From positions 384,001-448,000 of the forward strand of contig JBFWVL010000001.1 in assembly GCA_050246755.1 (NCBI GenBank): a stretch of 64,000 nt of DNA. Reading direction: 5' to 3'. The stretch is from Bacteriovoracia bacterium (lineage in GTDB: Bacteria; Bdellovibrionota; UBA1018; CAIPTA01). Positions 20,436-30,762 of the stretch are shown here, piece by piece. The translations under genes were made by a program, and so were the position numbers. The notes under the pieces were generated by a model. The model was not told where the DNA came from. It worked only from the letters and a program-made list of their open reading frames with translations, and did no database searches. Within the stretch, counting starts at the first letter, position 1. Every line of letters begins with the position of its first letter.

Positions 20436-20590
20436 CGGTTTGCGGATCAGATACGGCATTCAGCATTCGGAACTGACTCCGGAAATCAGAATCTGATCCG
20501 ACTCAGATTCCGGCCCGAACTCCGATCCGATTTCAGATATCTATTCCGACCGCGGAAGCCTGAATCCGATCGGCATCCGCTTTCCGGCTC
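20436..20590. repeat. Gene-less imperfect palindrome built of CGGAAATC/ATCAGA/TCCGA units; same family as 58294-58918
   Basis: Ends GCGGAT (20442)/ATCCGC (20580); shares GAAATCGGATCGGA, TCGGAATAGAT and GATTTCAGAT with the four-helix-bundle flanks. Confidence 0.8.
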
Positions 20591-21766
20591 CTACATCACG
20601 TGGTGATGCATCGTCTCGTGCAGGAACGGATCGTTCACCGGCACCGTATTGTGGCGCGAGAGAAAGCGGCGAACGGCGAAGCAGAAAAATCCGAGGAAGC
20701 CGAGGAATAAGCCGATATCCATCCAGGAGAAACTGAATCCCGTTTTGGAAAACGCCGGCATGATCAAATAGTTTAGATCGAGCCACTCACCGAAAATCAC
20801 GATCAGCGCCACCTTCTCTAGGTAGGCCGGATTTCTTTTCGCCGCCCGGGGAAGCAGCATCAAGAACGGTAAAATGAAACGAACGAGGGGCAGAAGTAAG
20901 CTTACCCAGATCCATCCAGGATTCTCACGCACCAGATAGAACGTGGTCTCTTCGGGAAGGTTGGCGTACCAGATGAGCAAGTATTGGCTTACGCCGATAT
21001 AAGCCCAGAACACGGTGAAGCCGAATAAATATTTCCCCATGTCGTGAAAGTGGTCATTCGTAACCACGCTCAGGTATCCCGCCTTCTGCAGGCGACGCAC
21101 GGCAAGAATCGTGGCGGCCGCGGTGGCCTGCACGAAACCGATGAAAACGTAGACTCCAAACATCGTGGAGAACCATTTCGGATCCAGCGATTTCAAGAGA
21201 TCCACGGAAAAAATCGTGAATAGAGGAGCGAAAAGCACGAGGCCCAAAGCGGCCAGCGGCTTCTGGCGGTTTAGCAGATCTACCCCGCCCTCTTCATCCT
21301 GCTTGGTGGAATTGCAAACCAAGCGGGTGGCGAAAAATACGGTGGCAGCGAAAAACGCGAGGGCGCGGGCGATATAAAACGGCGTGGCGAAGTACCCCAC
21401 TTTTCCATGAAGAATATGATCGTGGGCCATGAGCTCGTGATTCATCCAGGGATAAATATGCTTCAAGCCGAAGAAGAGGATCAGATTGAACACGAGCGCG
21501 AAAACTAGGTAGGTGGCGAAGGATTCGGTTACCCGGCGAATGGCCACGTTCCAGCCCGCGAAGGCAAGGTAGTGGATGATCAGGAAAAAGAACGCGCCGA
21601 TCCCAAGGCCCATGAACAGCGTATGATTCAAAAGGTACGCGTACCAGGCACGGGGGGCGTTCGTGAGCAATCCCACCACGAAGCTTAGGACCCCGATCCC
21701 CATGAGGGCGTAGACCAAGTTATTCGTGGAGGCGTTCAGTTCTAATTTTTTAGCGTCGAGTTTCAT
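20591..21766 (-). CDS. actF: Alternative complex III subunit F
   Basis: Multi-TM, WFSTMFG, HDMGK, SQYLLIWYANLPEET; operon position. Confidence 0.9.
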   Translation of the reverse strand: MKLDAKKLELNASTNNLVYALMGIGVLSFVVGLLTNAPRAWYAYLLNHTLFMGLGIGAFFFLIIHYLAFAGWNVAIRRVTESFATYLVFALVFNLILFFGLKHIYPWMNHELMAHDHILHGKVGYFATPFYIARALAFFAATVFFATRLVCNSTKQDEEGGVDLLNRQKPLAALGLVLFAPLFTIFSVDLLKSLDPKWFSTMFGVYVFIGFVQATAAATILAVRRLQKAGYLSVVTNDHFHDMGKYLFGFTVFWAYIGVSQYLLIWYANLPEETTFYLVRENPGWIWVSLLLPLVRFILPFLMLLPRAAKRNPAYLEKVALIVIFGEWLDLNYLIMPAFSKTGFSFSWMDIGLFLGFLGFFCFAVRRFLSRHNTVPVNDPFLHETMHHHVM

Positions 21767-21781
21767 CGCGATAAACCCTTC

Positions 21782-22396
21782 TTATTTTTGAGCCGTGCGC
21801 TTCTTGAGCGCCTTCACGTCTTCATCCGTCGGATGTTCCGCCCGTTGCAAAGTTCTCACGTAGTGGATCACGGCCCAGCGGTCCATGGGCTGGATTTGCT
21901 GCGCATAGGAAGGCATCACGCCTTGTCCCTTGGTGATCACGTGAAATAGATGACCGTCTTTCCAGCGGAGCATATCCGGGCTCTGGAGAGATTTCGGGAT
22001 CGGGAACGGATTCACGATAGGGCCGTCGCCGTAGCCGCGGGCGCCATGGCAAGTGATGCAATAGATATTATAAATTTTTTGACCGCGCTCCACGTTCAGG
22101 CGATTCATCGGCAAAGGATTCGTCAGCTTTGCTTCCGCTTCTTCCACCGTCTCGAGGCGATACGGTTTATGGCCGCGCGCGATCGCATTGTCGGGCGGCA
22201 TCATCATGCCGGTGCCGTTTCCGTTCCCATCGTAGCCGCGCTGAGGCTTTAAGTTCGGCGTGGTGCTCATGTGAGGCATGTACTGAATGATCGTTTTTTC
22301 CGTATGGCGCGAGCAAGCGGTGAGCAGCGCGAGGGTGGCAAAACCCAGGGCTACCGAAGCGTGGCGCAGCGAAAAAAATGGAGTGGGATTCTTCAT
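21782..22396 (-). CDS. actE: ACIII monoheme cytochrome c lipoprotein
   Basis: Lipobox LTAC, YMPHM, CITCHG, GVMPSY. Confidence 0.9.
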   Translation of the reverse strand: MKNPTPFFSLRHASVALGFATLALLTACSRHTEKTIIQYMPHMSTTPNLKPQRGYDGNGNGTGMMMPPDNAIARGHKPYRLETVEEAEAKLTNPLPMNRLNVERGQKIYNIYCITCHGARGYGDGPIVNPFPIPKSLQSPDMLRWKDGHLFHVITKGQGVMPSYAQQIQPMDRWAVIHYVRTLQRAEHPTDEDVKALKKRTAQK

Positions 22397-22926
22397 ATCG
22401 GCTCCGTTACCAGGGTAACTTTTTCGGCGTGCAGGGTGTTCAGAAAGCTTTCCACTTCCCCGGCCGATCCTTTTTGCCCCTTGAAGGGGATGTATAAGGC
22501 AAAACGATCGTCGCTGGTGCGGGGATCGAAAGGATTATGGTGAAAGTTCGGTAATCCGTTCAGGAAAAACATAAAGCCAGCCGTGGAAAGGCCGCCGAGC
22601 AGAACCGTGAGCTCAAATAAAATTGGAATGAAGGCAGGCCCGGAAATCATGGGTTTACCACCCACGTTGATCGGCCAGTCCACCGCGGAGGTCCAGATTT
22701 GTAGGCCGAGGGCCGTTGCAAAACCGGTGAGTCCGCCAAAAAAGGTGGCCCAGGGAACGATCGATGGCTTGAGCCCCAAAGCTTCGTCCATGCCGTGCAA
22801 AGGAAACGGAGTGTAGGTTTCCACGTTGGCAAAACCTTTTTCACGGGCGGTTTTCGCCGCCGCGAGGATTTCGTGACCGCTGGTAAAATATGCTACCGCG
22901 CCGTGCGCAGATCTAGTGACCGCCAT
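22393..22926 (-). CDS. actD: ACIII subunit D (DUF3341)
   Basis: [29 protein letters not shown]. Confidence 0.9.
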   Translation of the reverse strand: MAVTRSAHGAVAYFTSGHEILAAAKTAREKGFANVETYTPFPLHGMDEALGLKPSIVPWATFFGGLTGFATALGLQIWTSAVDWPINVGGKPMISGPAFIPILFELTVLLGGLSTAGFMFFLNGLPNFHHNPFDPRTSDDRFALYIPFKGQKGSAGEVESFLNTLHAEKVTLVTEPI

Positions 22927-24295
22927 GTTGGCCTCCTTTCGCCGTTCGCATCACGCTTTTCACCTCGGCGATCGCCACTACCGGAAGGAAGCGGCAAAAC
23001 AAAAGATAGAGCGTGAAGAACAAACCGAAGCTGCCGAGGGTAATGCACCAGTCCACTTTCGACGGCAGGTAATAGTCCCAGCTCGAGGGCAGGTAATCGC
23101 GGTGCAGCGAAGTGGCCACGATCACGAAACGCTCGAACCACATTCCGATATTTACGAACACGCTCACGATGAACATCATCGGCACGTTACGGCGGAACTG
23201 CTTGAACCAGAAAATTTGCGGGATGATCGAGTTACAGATAATCATCGTCCAGTAGGCCCAGGCGTAAGGCCCGAAAGCGCGGTTCAAGAACGCATACTGC
23301 TCGTACTGGCTTCCCGAATACCAAGCCACGAAAAATTCGGTGGCGTAGGCCAGGCCCACGAGCATTCCGGTACACATCGTGATCTTGTTCATCGCTTCGA
23401 GATGGTTAAGGGTGATGTAATTTTTCAGGCTAAATACTTCGCGGGAAATCACCATCAGCGTAACTACCATCGCGAAACCGGAGAAGATGGCGCCGATTAC
23501 GAAATAAGGAGGGAAAATCGTGGTGTGCCAGCCAGGAAGGATGGACACGGCGAAGTCGAAAGATACGATCGTATGTACCGAAAGTACGAGCGGCGCCGAA
23601 AGGCCGGCGAGCAGCATATAGGCTTTTTCGTAATGGTGCCATTGGCGGCCCCCACCCTTCCAGCCAAGGGAAGCGGCACCATAGATCGCGCGGCGTATTG
23701 GGTGCACGGCGCGGTCGCGCACGGTGGCGAGATCGGGAATCATGCCGATGAACCAGAACACGGCCGAAATCGTGAAGTAGGTGGATACGGCGAAAACGTC
23801 CCAGAGGAGCGGGGAACGGAAGTTCACCCAGAGAGGCCCCATATTATTGGGGTAAGGAAGCAGCCAGTAGGCGGCGAGCCAGGGGCGGCCGGTGTGACCC
23901 AGCGGATACATGAGCGCGCAAATTACGGCGAAGATGGTCATGGCTTCGGCGGCACGGTTGATCCCGGTACGCCAATCTTGGCGGAATAGATAAAGAACGG
24001 CGGAGATGAGAGTACCGGCGTGTCCGATACCGATCCAGAATACGAAGTTAATGATGTCGGAACCCCAGGCGTTGGTATTAGTCAAACCCCATACCCCGAG
24101 ACCATTCCAAAGCGTCCAGCCCCAGGCACTCAGACCGATCGTCAATAAGGTAAGAGCAATTCCGAAAGCGATGAACCACGATTTAGTGGGCATGCTTTCG
24201 AGCGGCTTGCATACATCGTCGGTTACTTGGGCGTAGGTTTTCGCCCCCGTAACGAGAAGTTCGCGTTCTAGATGGACTCCGTTCGTCATGCTCAT
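22913..24295 (-). CDS. actC: ACIII subunit C, NrfD/PsrC family
   Basis: [41 protein letters not shown]. Confidence 0.95.
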   Translation of the reverse strand: MSMTNGVHLERELLVTGAKTYAQVTDDVCKPLESMPTKSWFIAFGIALTLLTIGLSAWGWTLWNGLGVWGLTNTNAWGSDIINFVFWIGIGHAGTLISAVLYLFRQDWRTGINRAAEAMTIFAVICALMYPLGHTGRPWLAAYWLLPYPNNMGPLWVNFRSPLLWDVFAVSTYFTISAVFWFIGMIPDLATVRDRAVHPIRRAIYGAASLGWKGGGRQWHHYEKAYMLLAGLSAPLVLSVHTIVSFDFAVSILPGWHTTIFPPYFVIGAIFSGFAMVVTLMVISREVFSLKNYITLNHLEAMNKITMCTGMLVGLAYATEFFVAWYSGSQYEQYAFLNRAFGPYAWAYWTMIICNSIIPQIFWFKQFRRNVPMMFIVSVFVNIGMWFERFVIVATSLHRDYLPSSWDYYLPSKVDWCITLGSFGLFFTLYLLFCRFLPVVAIAEVKSVMRTAKGGQHGGH

Positions 24296-24316
24296 AAACT
24301 CATACCCTCTTAAAGA

Positions 24317-27300
24317 CTAGTGGTGTCCGCCGGACGTGGTTTCTTCGTGTCCGTGACTTTCGCCGCCAGCTTTACCGGGACGATTGCGCACTTTGCTTAA
24401 ATACGTGATGGCGGGAGCGGCGTTCACTTCCTCGAGGGAAACGAATCCGCGGGGATTCCCCTTCTTCAGCTTCGCCACTTTGCTCTCCGGATTATTTACA
24501 TCACCGAAAACGATCGCATCGGCCGGACAAGCTTCTTGGCAAGCCGTCTTGATGTCGTCGTCGTTGGCGCGGCGGCCGGCCATCTTCGCCTGGCTCTTGC
24601 CGGTCTCAATGCGCTGAACGCAGAAAGTGCATTTCTCCATTACCCCGCGAGAACGCAGCGTAACTTCCGGGTTTTTCATCAGCGGCAGCGGGTGCTCGAT
24701 CGAGCCGTTCATATCGCCATTATTATTGAACCAGTTGAAGCGCCGTACTTTATAGGGACAGTTATTGGAGCAATACTTCGTGCCCACGCAGCGGTTATAG
24801 GTCATCTGATTGAGGCCGTCGTCGCTGTGGGTGGTAGCGAGCACCGGGCAAACGGTTTCGCAGGGAGCATTATCGCAATGCTGGCAAAGCATCGGCTGGA
24901 ATACCACTTCGGGATCGGCCACGTCGCCCACGTAGTAGCGGTCGATACGGAGCCACTGCATTTCGCGGCCCTTCTGCACTTGATCTTTGCCCACGGCGGG
25001 AACGTTATTTTCCACCGAGCAGGCCACCACGCAGGCGGAGCATCCGGTGCAGGATGAAAGATCGATCGCCATTCCCCACTTGTAGCCCTTGTATTCGAAG
25101 CCCGACCAAAGAGAAGGGGGCTTTTCCCCGGCAAAATGCTTCGTGATACCGGCATTGGGTTTCTTGCGGTAGTCGTCGAGCGTGGTTTCGAACACGATGT
25201 CGCGGCCTTCGAGAGTATGGTGGCCCTGAGTGCAGGCCAGTTTTTCCGCGCGGCCGGTTTTTGCCACGGTCACGTTATTCACGGCGAACGTGGGCTGGGT
25301 GCCCATCGTGGAAGAAGCGGTGAAGTTAGCGAACGAAGCGCCCACGCCGTTACCGATACGGCCGTTAAATTTTCTTCCGTAACCCAGGTAAGAAACCACT
25401 ACGCTGGGATGCAAGCCGGGCTGGAAGTAGAGCGGAAGCTCCGCCTTCGCGTTCGCCGTGCTCACCGAAACCACATCACCCTCAGCCCAGCCCATTTTTT
25501 TGGCCGTATCAGGAGCTACCGCGAGGTAGTTGCCCCAGGTATTTTTCGAGATTGGGTCAGGTAATTCTTGAAGGATGGCGTTGTTCGCCTGAAAGCCATC
25601 GCCGAGCGCGATGGAAGGAACCAATACCAGCGCCAGCTCGCCCGCCGCGGCACGAACGGACGCTTTGGCAGCAGCAATCGCCGTGCGCAGGCCTTCATTT
25701 TGGAATCCGCGCGAAGATCCGGAACCGTCGCGGGAGGAAGATCCGTTGAGCACTCCGCCCATGAGGGTATCGTCCCACCAATCCTGGAATGGACGCCCGC
25801 CCCCGTGCTTGCTATGTAAGCCTTTCCAAGTTTCTACCACTGCGCCGTAGGCACCTTCCGATTCTTTGCCTTCCGGGGTGGACCAGTCCACCAGCATCTC
25901 GAGCAAACTCTTGGTCTGCCAGAGAGGGCGGATCGTAGGCTGAGCAATACTGTAGAGGTCTTTCTGCGGATTAACGTCGCCCCAGGATTCGAACGAATGG
26001 CTTTCCGCCGCCACCATTTTCGCGATGGCTGCCGTCTCGTCACTATAAGAGCCCACGTAAATCAGGTTGGGAACTTTTTGCAGGGCCTCTTTCACTCCGG
26101 CAGAATCGGCGAATAGGTAGGCAGGATTCACGCCCTGAATGATCAGCGTTTTCACCGCGCCCGAACGAATGGCGGTCAGCAGTTTTTCGAATTCTTTATA
26201 GGAGCCCTGGAACTGGTAGGAGGGATAAGTGGATCCATCCACCGTTACCCCGTCGTTATCGAGGGCGGAGTTCAGGAAATTCACCACGTTTTGCAGGGCC
26301 ACACCATTGGCGCCGCGCCCGGAGGCAACCACCAAGCTGCGCCCGCGGTTTTTTACGAGTTCCTTCGCGGTACTGGAAAGCACGGCGGCATCAATCCCGG
26401 TGCGTTGAGAAACCGCAGCCGGGGTGAAGGCGGAGAAATCATCCGAGGAGCGCCCCACCAAGCGCGCCACTTCGCTGGCGATGCCGAGGGCGATGAACAA
26501 TTGATCGTTCGGATGAATGGCGTAGCGCTCATCGGCGTTCTGGCCCGTTACCTGGAAGGCACTTTCGAACGCGATGAGCTTGCTCATCGACGATTTTTCA
26601 CCGGCGAGGCGGCGCTTATCGGCGAACTGCTTCGTGTACTCGGTGGTGGATCCCCAGTTTCCAAGGAAATCGGCATCGATCGAAACCACGCAATCGGCGC
26701 GATTGAAGCGGTAGCGAGGGAAAATGCGGGAGCCATAGCTCTGTGCTTGCCCGTCGAGCACGTCGTCCATCGAAACGGAATCGAGCATCACGTGACGGAA
26801 ATTATTTTTCTCGATCACGCGCTTGAGCGTAGGGCTCATCACGGTGCCGGTCAAAATCCAGGTGGCCCCTTTGGAGGCTCCCAGGGCTGCCCGGGCCTGC
26901 TTGTCGAAATCGGCCCAGCTAACTTCCGCGCCGCCGATGCGAGGAGCGCGCAAGCGATCCGGATCATACAAATCATGGATCATCGCCTGGGCCCGCGTGT
27001 GGAGCGCGCCGCGGTTCATAGGGTGATCCGTGTTTCCATCCACTTTAATTGGGCGGCCTTCACGCGTTTTGATGAGCAAGCCGTAGCCGGTTTGCGGATC
27101 CGCGGAAGCGTAGAAATTGGGCTGGCCGGGAATGATTTCTTCCGGATTGGTAACGTAAGGAACGATCTTCTGAACCGGGCGGCGCGAACATCCGGCCAAG
27201 CTAGCCATCAGCGCCGAAGCGCCCATGATCTTCATGAAATCACGACGGTCGAGGCCATCGTTTTCATTTCCTTCGCGCACCGGCGTGGAAGTGAACTCAC

Positions 27301-27370
27301 CCGGAACGGTTTTCGCAAATTCCGCGGGGTTCTCGGCTTGTTCCAGGGTCATCCAGAATTTATTCGACAT
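24317..27370 (-). CDS. actB: ACIII subunit B (molybdopterin-oxidoreductase-like plus Fe-S domains)
   Basis: Variant Tat signal DRRDFMK...LAGC, REGRPIK, CTGCSAC, CQHC..APCETVCP, CVGTKYCSNNCP, EKCTFC. Confidence 0.95.
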   Translation of the reverse strand: MSNKFWMTLEQAENPAEFAKTVPGEFTSTPVREGNENDGLDRRDFMKIMGASALMASLAGCSRRPVQKIVPYVTNPEEIIPGQPNFYASADPQTGYGLLIKTREGRPIKVDGNTDHPMNRGALHTRAQAMIHDLYDPDRLRAPRIGGAEVSWADFDKQARAALGASKGATWILTGTVMSPTLKRVIEKNNFRHVMLDSVSMDDVLDGQAQSYGSRIFPRYRFNRADCVVSIDADFLGNWGSTTEYTKQFADKRRLAGEKSSMSKLIAFESAFQVTGQNADERYAIHPNDQLFIALGIASEVARLVGRSSDDFSAFTPAAVSQRTGIDAAVLSSTAKELVKNRGRSLVVASGRGANGVALQNVVNFLNSALDNDGVTVDGSTYPSYQFQGSYKEFEKLLTAIRSGAVKTLIIQGVNPAYLFADSAGVKEALQKVPNLIYVGSYSDETAAIAKMVAAESHSFESWGDVNPQKDLYSIAQPTIRPLWQTKSLLEMLVDWSTPEGKESEGAYGAVVETWKGLHSKHGGGRPFQDWWDDTLMGGVLNGSSSRDGSGSSRGFQNEGLRTAIAAAKASVRAAAGELALVLVPSIALGDGFQANNAILQELPDPISKNTWGNYLAVAPDTAKKMGWAEGDVVSVSTANAKAELPLYFQPGLHPSVVVSYLGYGRKFNGRIGNGVGASFANFTASSTMGTQPTFAVNNVTVAKTGRAEKLACTQGHHTLEGRDIVFETTLDDYRKKPNAGITKHFAGEKPPSLWSGFEYKGYKWGMAIDLSSCTGCSACVVACSVENNVPAVGKDQVQKGREMQWLRIDRYYVGDVADPEVVFQPMLCQHCDNAPCETVCPVLATTHSDDGLNQMTYNRCVGTKYCSNNCPYKVRRFNWFNNNGDMNGSIEHPLPLMKNPEVTLRSRGVMEKCTFCVQRIETGKSQAKMAGRRANDDDIKTACQEACPADAIVFGDVNNPESKVAKLKKGNPRGFVSLEEVNAAPAITYLSKVRNRPGKAGGESHGHEETTSGGHH

Positions 27371-27399
27371 ACTTCAATTCTCCGGAAGCTAATCCCGCC

Positions 27400-27948
27400 T
27401 TAGCGGTGGCAAGTATTACAATTCAACGGCGCCTGGTTTTCAGGCTTCCGGTGGCAGTTCACGCACCAACCCATGGTAAGCGGGGCCACTTGCTCCACCT
27501 TCTCCATATTGGCCACGTTGCCGTGGCAAGTATCGCAACTTACACCGCGCTGAATGTGGCGCTGGTGATTGAAGTAAACGAAGTCGGGCAAAACGTGCAC
27601 GTTAATCCATTGCACGGGCTCGTTCTTCTCGTACATTTCGGTGAGCTTCTGAATCCAGGGAGAATCGGTTTTCACTACCCGGTGGCAGTTCATGCACACG
27701 GCCGTCGAAGGCACGTTCGCATGCGGGCTTTTGTCTACGTTGGAGTGGCAGTAAAGGCATTGAATCTGGCGCTTGCCCGCGTGCAGCTGGTGGCTGAACG
27801 GGAAAGGCTGGGTTGGCTGGTAGCCAATCCCGCGGCCCGGCAGAAGAAAAATTCCGAACGCCACGATCGTGAGAATCGTGAGTACGAAACTGCCAATGAT
27901 GACTCGTTTGTCGGTATGATGCCCGTGTGAATCGCGCTGCTCAGCCAT
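27400..27948 (-). CDS. actA: ACIII pentaheme cytochrome c
   Basis: N-terminal TM and five CxxCH (CLYCH, CMNCH, CDTCH, CVNCH, CNTCH). Confidence 0.93.
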   Translation of the reverse strand: MAEQRDSHGHHTDKRVIIGSFVLTILTIVAFGIFLLPGRGIGYQPTQPFPFSHQLHAGKRQIQCLYCHSNVDKSPHANVPSTAVCMNCHRVVKTDSPWIQKLTEMYEKNEPVQWINVHVLPDFVYFNHQRHIQRGVSCDTCHGNVANMEKVEQVAPLTMGWCVNCHRKPENQAPLNCNTCHR

Positions 27949-28080
27949 CCGCTTTAAATCCTTAGCAATTAGAGAGGTTGTGCGGAATTACTATAACCAG
28001 GAAATTATGAATTTCCTACAGACTTTCTTCGGTTCTCTTCGCTAGCCTCTGCACGGAACTTTTGTTATTCGGAGAACAGC

Positions 28081-28335
28081 ATGGAAGGTACCAAGCCCTA
28101 CAGACGAAAAAATTCTCCGCCAGCAACCCAGGAAGTAAAAATTCCAGAAGCCCCGAAAGCCGCGCCAGTCGCGGATCTTCAGCCTGACGCTGTGAATCTA
28201 GAAAGAAGAGCCTGGTTCGGATCGCTCGTGCCGGCTTTTGGAAATGGGCTCGTGAAATTATTACGCGCAAGTAATAATTTAAAAGACGACCTTCGCGAGC
28301 TCCGCGGCGAATCCTCCACCGAAAAAAAATCTTAG
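28081..28335 (+). CDS. Small hypothetical protein (84 aa)
   Basis: GGAG RBS; fits the gap divergent from actA; internal ERRAWF. Confidence 0.55.
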   Translation: MEGTKPYRRKNSPPATQEVKIPEAPKAAPVADLQPDAVNLERRAWFGSLVPAFGNGLVKLLRASNNLKDDLRELRGESSTEKKS

Positions 28336-28409
28336 ACGCAACGCGTGGCATCTGCCGTGTATGCGCCCTCCCACTAAGAAGTTTTGCGTAGGCAAAAAAG
28401 ATAAAATTT

Positions 28410-28784
28410 TCAGACGAAGAGCTTACGTAGTATCAGAATGGGCAAAGCAGCCGCCGTCAGCCCCAAAACCGGGCTCAGGAATAAATATGCCAGCGCCGGA
28501 AAAGCCCGGCCTTTGTCCATCATCACGAACGCCTGCAGTGCATAGGCGGAAAAAGTGGTGAAGCCCCCGCAGAAGCCCACTAGCAATCCCAGCTGCAGCG
28601 CCGAAGGGAATTCCCTTCGCTCCGCCAGCGCGAAAAAGAGGCCCGCCAAAAAAGAGCCCGCGATATTGATCAATAAAGTAGATTTAGGAAAGGGCTCGGT
28701 GGAGCCGCCAACTACCCTATCGACGCCGAAGCGGCAGAGAACCCCAGCAACACCAAACAAACCGATAAAAAAGTAAGCTTGCAT
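28410..28784 (-). CDS. crcB: Fluoride channel FluC/CrcB
   Basis: TLLINIAGSF and GFCGGFTTFS; start MQAYFF. Confidence 0.9.
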   Translation of the reverse strand: MQAYFFIGLFGVAGVLCRFGVDRVVGGSTEPFPKSTLLINIAGSFLAGLFFALAERREFPSALQLGLLVGFCGGFTTFSAYALQAFVMMDKGRAFPALAYLFLSPVLGLTAAALPILILRKLFV

Positions 28785-28786
28785 AT

Positions 28787-29092
28787 TTACTTCCCAAACA
28801 CGGCCATTTCGGCCAAAAAAATTGCGACCACTTGCACGGGGAGGAACAGCAGGTAGATGAGCGCCACCCAATACTTGTTCCTGTCCCGCATCGACCAGCA
28901 GCTATAAAGCGAGAACGTGATACCGAGAAATACGGCTCCTTCGAGAACATAGGAAAGACCGTGCGCCACCGGCCACGCGGAACCAAGCGGGCTCAAAGGC
29001 CGGGGCAAAAATACGGCGAGCCCGCCGATCACCACCGGCATCCAGAGCAGCGGCAAGAAAATGGGGAGATAATTTCGCCAGCCGTTTTTCAT
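28787..29092 (-). CDS. Small three-TM hypothetical protein
   Basis: ATGA overlap with the ccsA stop; hydrophobic 101 aa. Confidence 0.65.
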   Translation of the reverse strand: MKNGWRNYLPIFLPLLWMPVVIGGLAVFLPRPLSPLGSAWPVAHGLSYVLEGAVFLGITFSLYSCWSMRDRNKYWVALIYLLFLPVQVVAIFLAEMAVFGK

Positions 29093-30762
29093 GGCGCGTT
29101 CTTCTGCGCCTCCAACGAACGCTGTCGCATCAGGGCCCAGATGAAAAACAGTAACTGTACCGTACAGTAGGTGGCCATATAGCTCACGCCTCCGGAAGAA
29201 AAACCGTAGGTATGCTTGCCTTGGCCGAGCACGAAGTTCACGCCGTACCAGGCCATCACCACGCCGAGGAAAGCCACTACGCAGCCCGAGAGAAATCCGA
29301 ACGGGCCCACCATCCCGCGAAAGCGGGCGTGGAGGAGCGCGAGGTAGCCAAGGAGCGCGATCAGGGCCCAAGTCTCCTTAGGATCCCAACCCCAGAAACG
29401 CCCCCAAGAATAATCAGCCCAGACTCCGCCGAGGATGGTACCCGCCGCCAGCAGAATCACGCCCACTTGCACCGCGCGGTAGGCGTAGAACGACAAAATG
29501 CGGAACGGAATTTCTTTGAAGTCGGTATCGAAGAAAATACGGCGGCCGAGGGCGAAGTTCCCGAGAATCATCGAGAGCGAAAAAGCAGCGTACCCGAGCG
29601 TAATGGTGAGCACATGGATGGTCAGCCACATATTATCGCGCAGCACGGCTTCGAGCGGATGGATCCCATCATCCACTACCCCGCCCACGTTATCCGCAAT
29701 CACCAGCGCAATCGTGCAGAAGATGAGCGCGCAAAGCGCGATCACGCGCTTTTTATAGATCATCTCGAAGATGAGGCCGAAGAGCATGCAGCCGAAAGCG
29801 ACCCAAATCACCGACTCGTACATATTGGAAACCGGCGGGCGGCCCGCGATCCAGCAACGCAGGCCGAATCCGTAGGCCTGGAACGCGAAACTGGCGAGAA
29901 AAAAACCCATCCCCGACCAGTACCAGATTTTTTTCGGGCTAAAGAACGCGAACGAAATCAGGACCGCAGCCACGAGGGAAAGAACCCAGGCCCACCGGAA
30001 TGGGTGCAAGCGGTTGAAATGCACTTCGATCCCCATCATTTTTGCAGAGGGATACAGCGAAGGGTTCGTTTGCTGGGCCAGCTCATGAAATTTTCCGATA
30101 TAGTCGGGAAGACGCGCCCGCACGTTCTCTTCCGGGCTGGTAAATCCCGCGGCCATCAGGGCAAAGCGGAGTTTCTGCTCGTCGGAAAACCGATCGAAAC
30201 CGAGCCAGGCGTCGGAAGTTTTCCATTGCTCGGGAGTAGGCGGAATCAGCCGCAGCGCACGCCCGGTAACCACCTCTTGGAGAAAACTCATTTGATTCGC
30301 GAGGCGCTGCACGGCGGTGAAATAGGCATCCAGCTTTTCCTGGGCCTTCGATTTAGCGTCGAGTTCCTGGAAAAGGGGCATCAAGCGGGGGCTATGCATC
30401 AGCTCTTGAGGGCTGAAGCTCTTTTCGGTTTCTTTGAGGCCAAGATCCTTGCGGAGATTGAAATAGCTGATCTGAATGAAGGGAATTTCCTGCCAAACCT
30501 GGGGCTCGAATGCGAGAGAGAGGATGAACTCGATGGCCTCTTTTCCCTGGAACGAATGCGCGCCAACCAGGAGCTCGGCGCCCTCCCGGGCAAAAGTATC
30601 GAGGGGCTTTACTCGTCCGCCGCTTTGCACGGCCAGCGTACGGGCGGGCTTTTTCCAATCTTCGTTGGCCCAGGCGCGATCCAGCGGGCTGGCTTTCGCG
30701 AACGGCATGAGAAAACTCAGCATTAGCACCAACGCCGCTAGCCCCGCCTGCGTACTCTTCAT
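29089..30762 (-). CDS. ccsA: Cytochrome c biogenesis protein CcsA/ResC (system II)
   Basis: GRVKPLDT, PPVSNMYES, GGVWADYSWGRFWGWDPKETW (WWD domain). Confidence 0.93.
   Translation of the reverse strand: MKSTQAGLAALVLMLSFLMPFAKASPLDRAWANEDWKKPARTLAVQSGGRVKPLDTFAREGAELLVGAHSFQGKEAIEFILSLAFEPQVWQEIPFIQISYFNLRKDLGLKETEKSFSPQELMHSPRLMPLFQELDAKSKAQEKLDAYFTAVQRLANQMSFLQEVVTGRALRLIPPTPEQWKTSDAWLGFDRFSDEQKLRFALMAAGFTSPEENVRARLPDYIGKFHELAQQTNPSLYPSAKMMGIEVHFNRLHPFRWAWVLSLVAAVLISFAFFSPKKIWYWSGMGFFLASFAFQAYGFGLRCWIAGRPPVSNMYESVIWVAFGCMLFGLIFEMIYKKRVIALCALIFCTIALVIADNVGGVVDDGIHPLEAVLRDNMWLTIHVLTITLGYAAFSLSMILGNFALGRRIFFDTDFKEIPFRILSFYAYRAVQVGVILLAAGTILGGVWADYSWGRFWGWDPKETWALIALLGYLALLHARFRGMVGPFGFLSGCVVAFLGVVMAWYGVNFVLGQGKHTYGFSSGGVSYMATYCTVQLLFFIWALMRQRSLEAQKNAP

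Noticed and set aside
28410-29092. Fluoride riboswitch upstream of crcB
   Set aside because: crcB is tightly coupled to upstream ORFs with no intergenic space.
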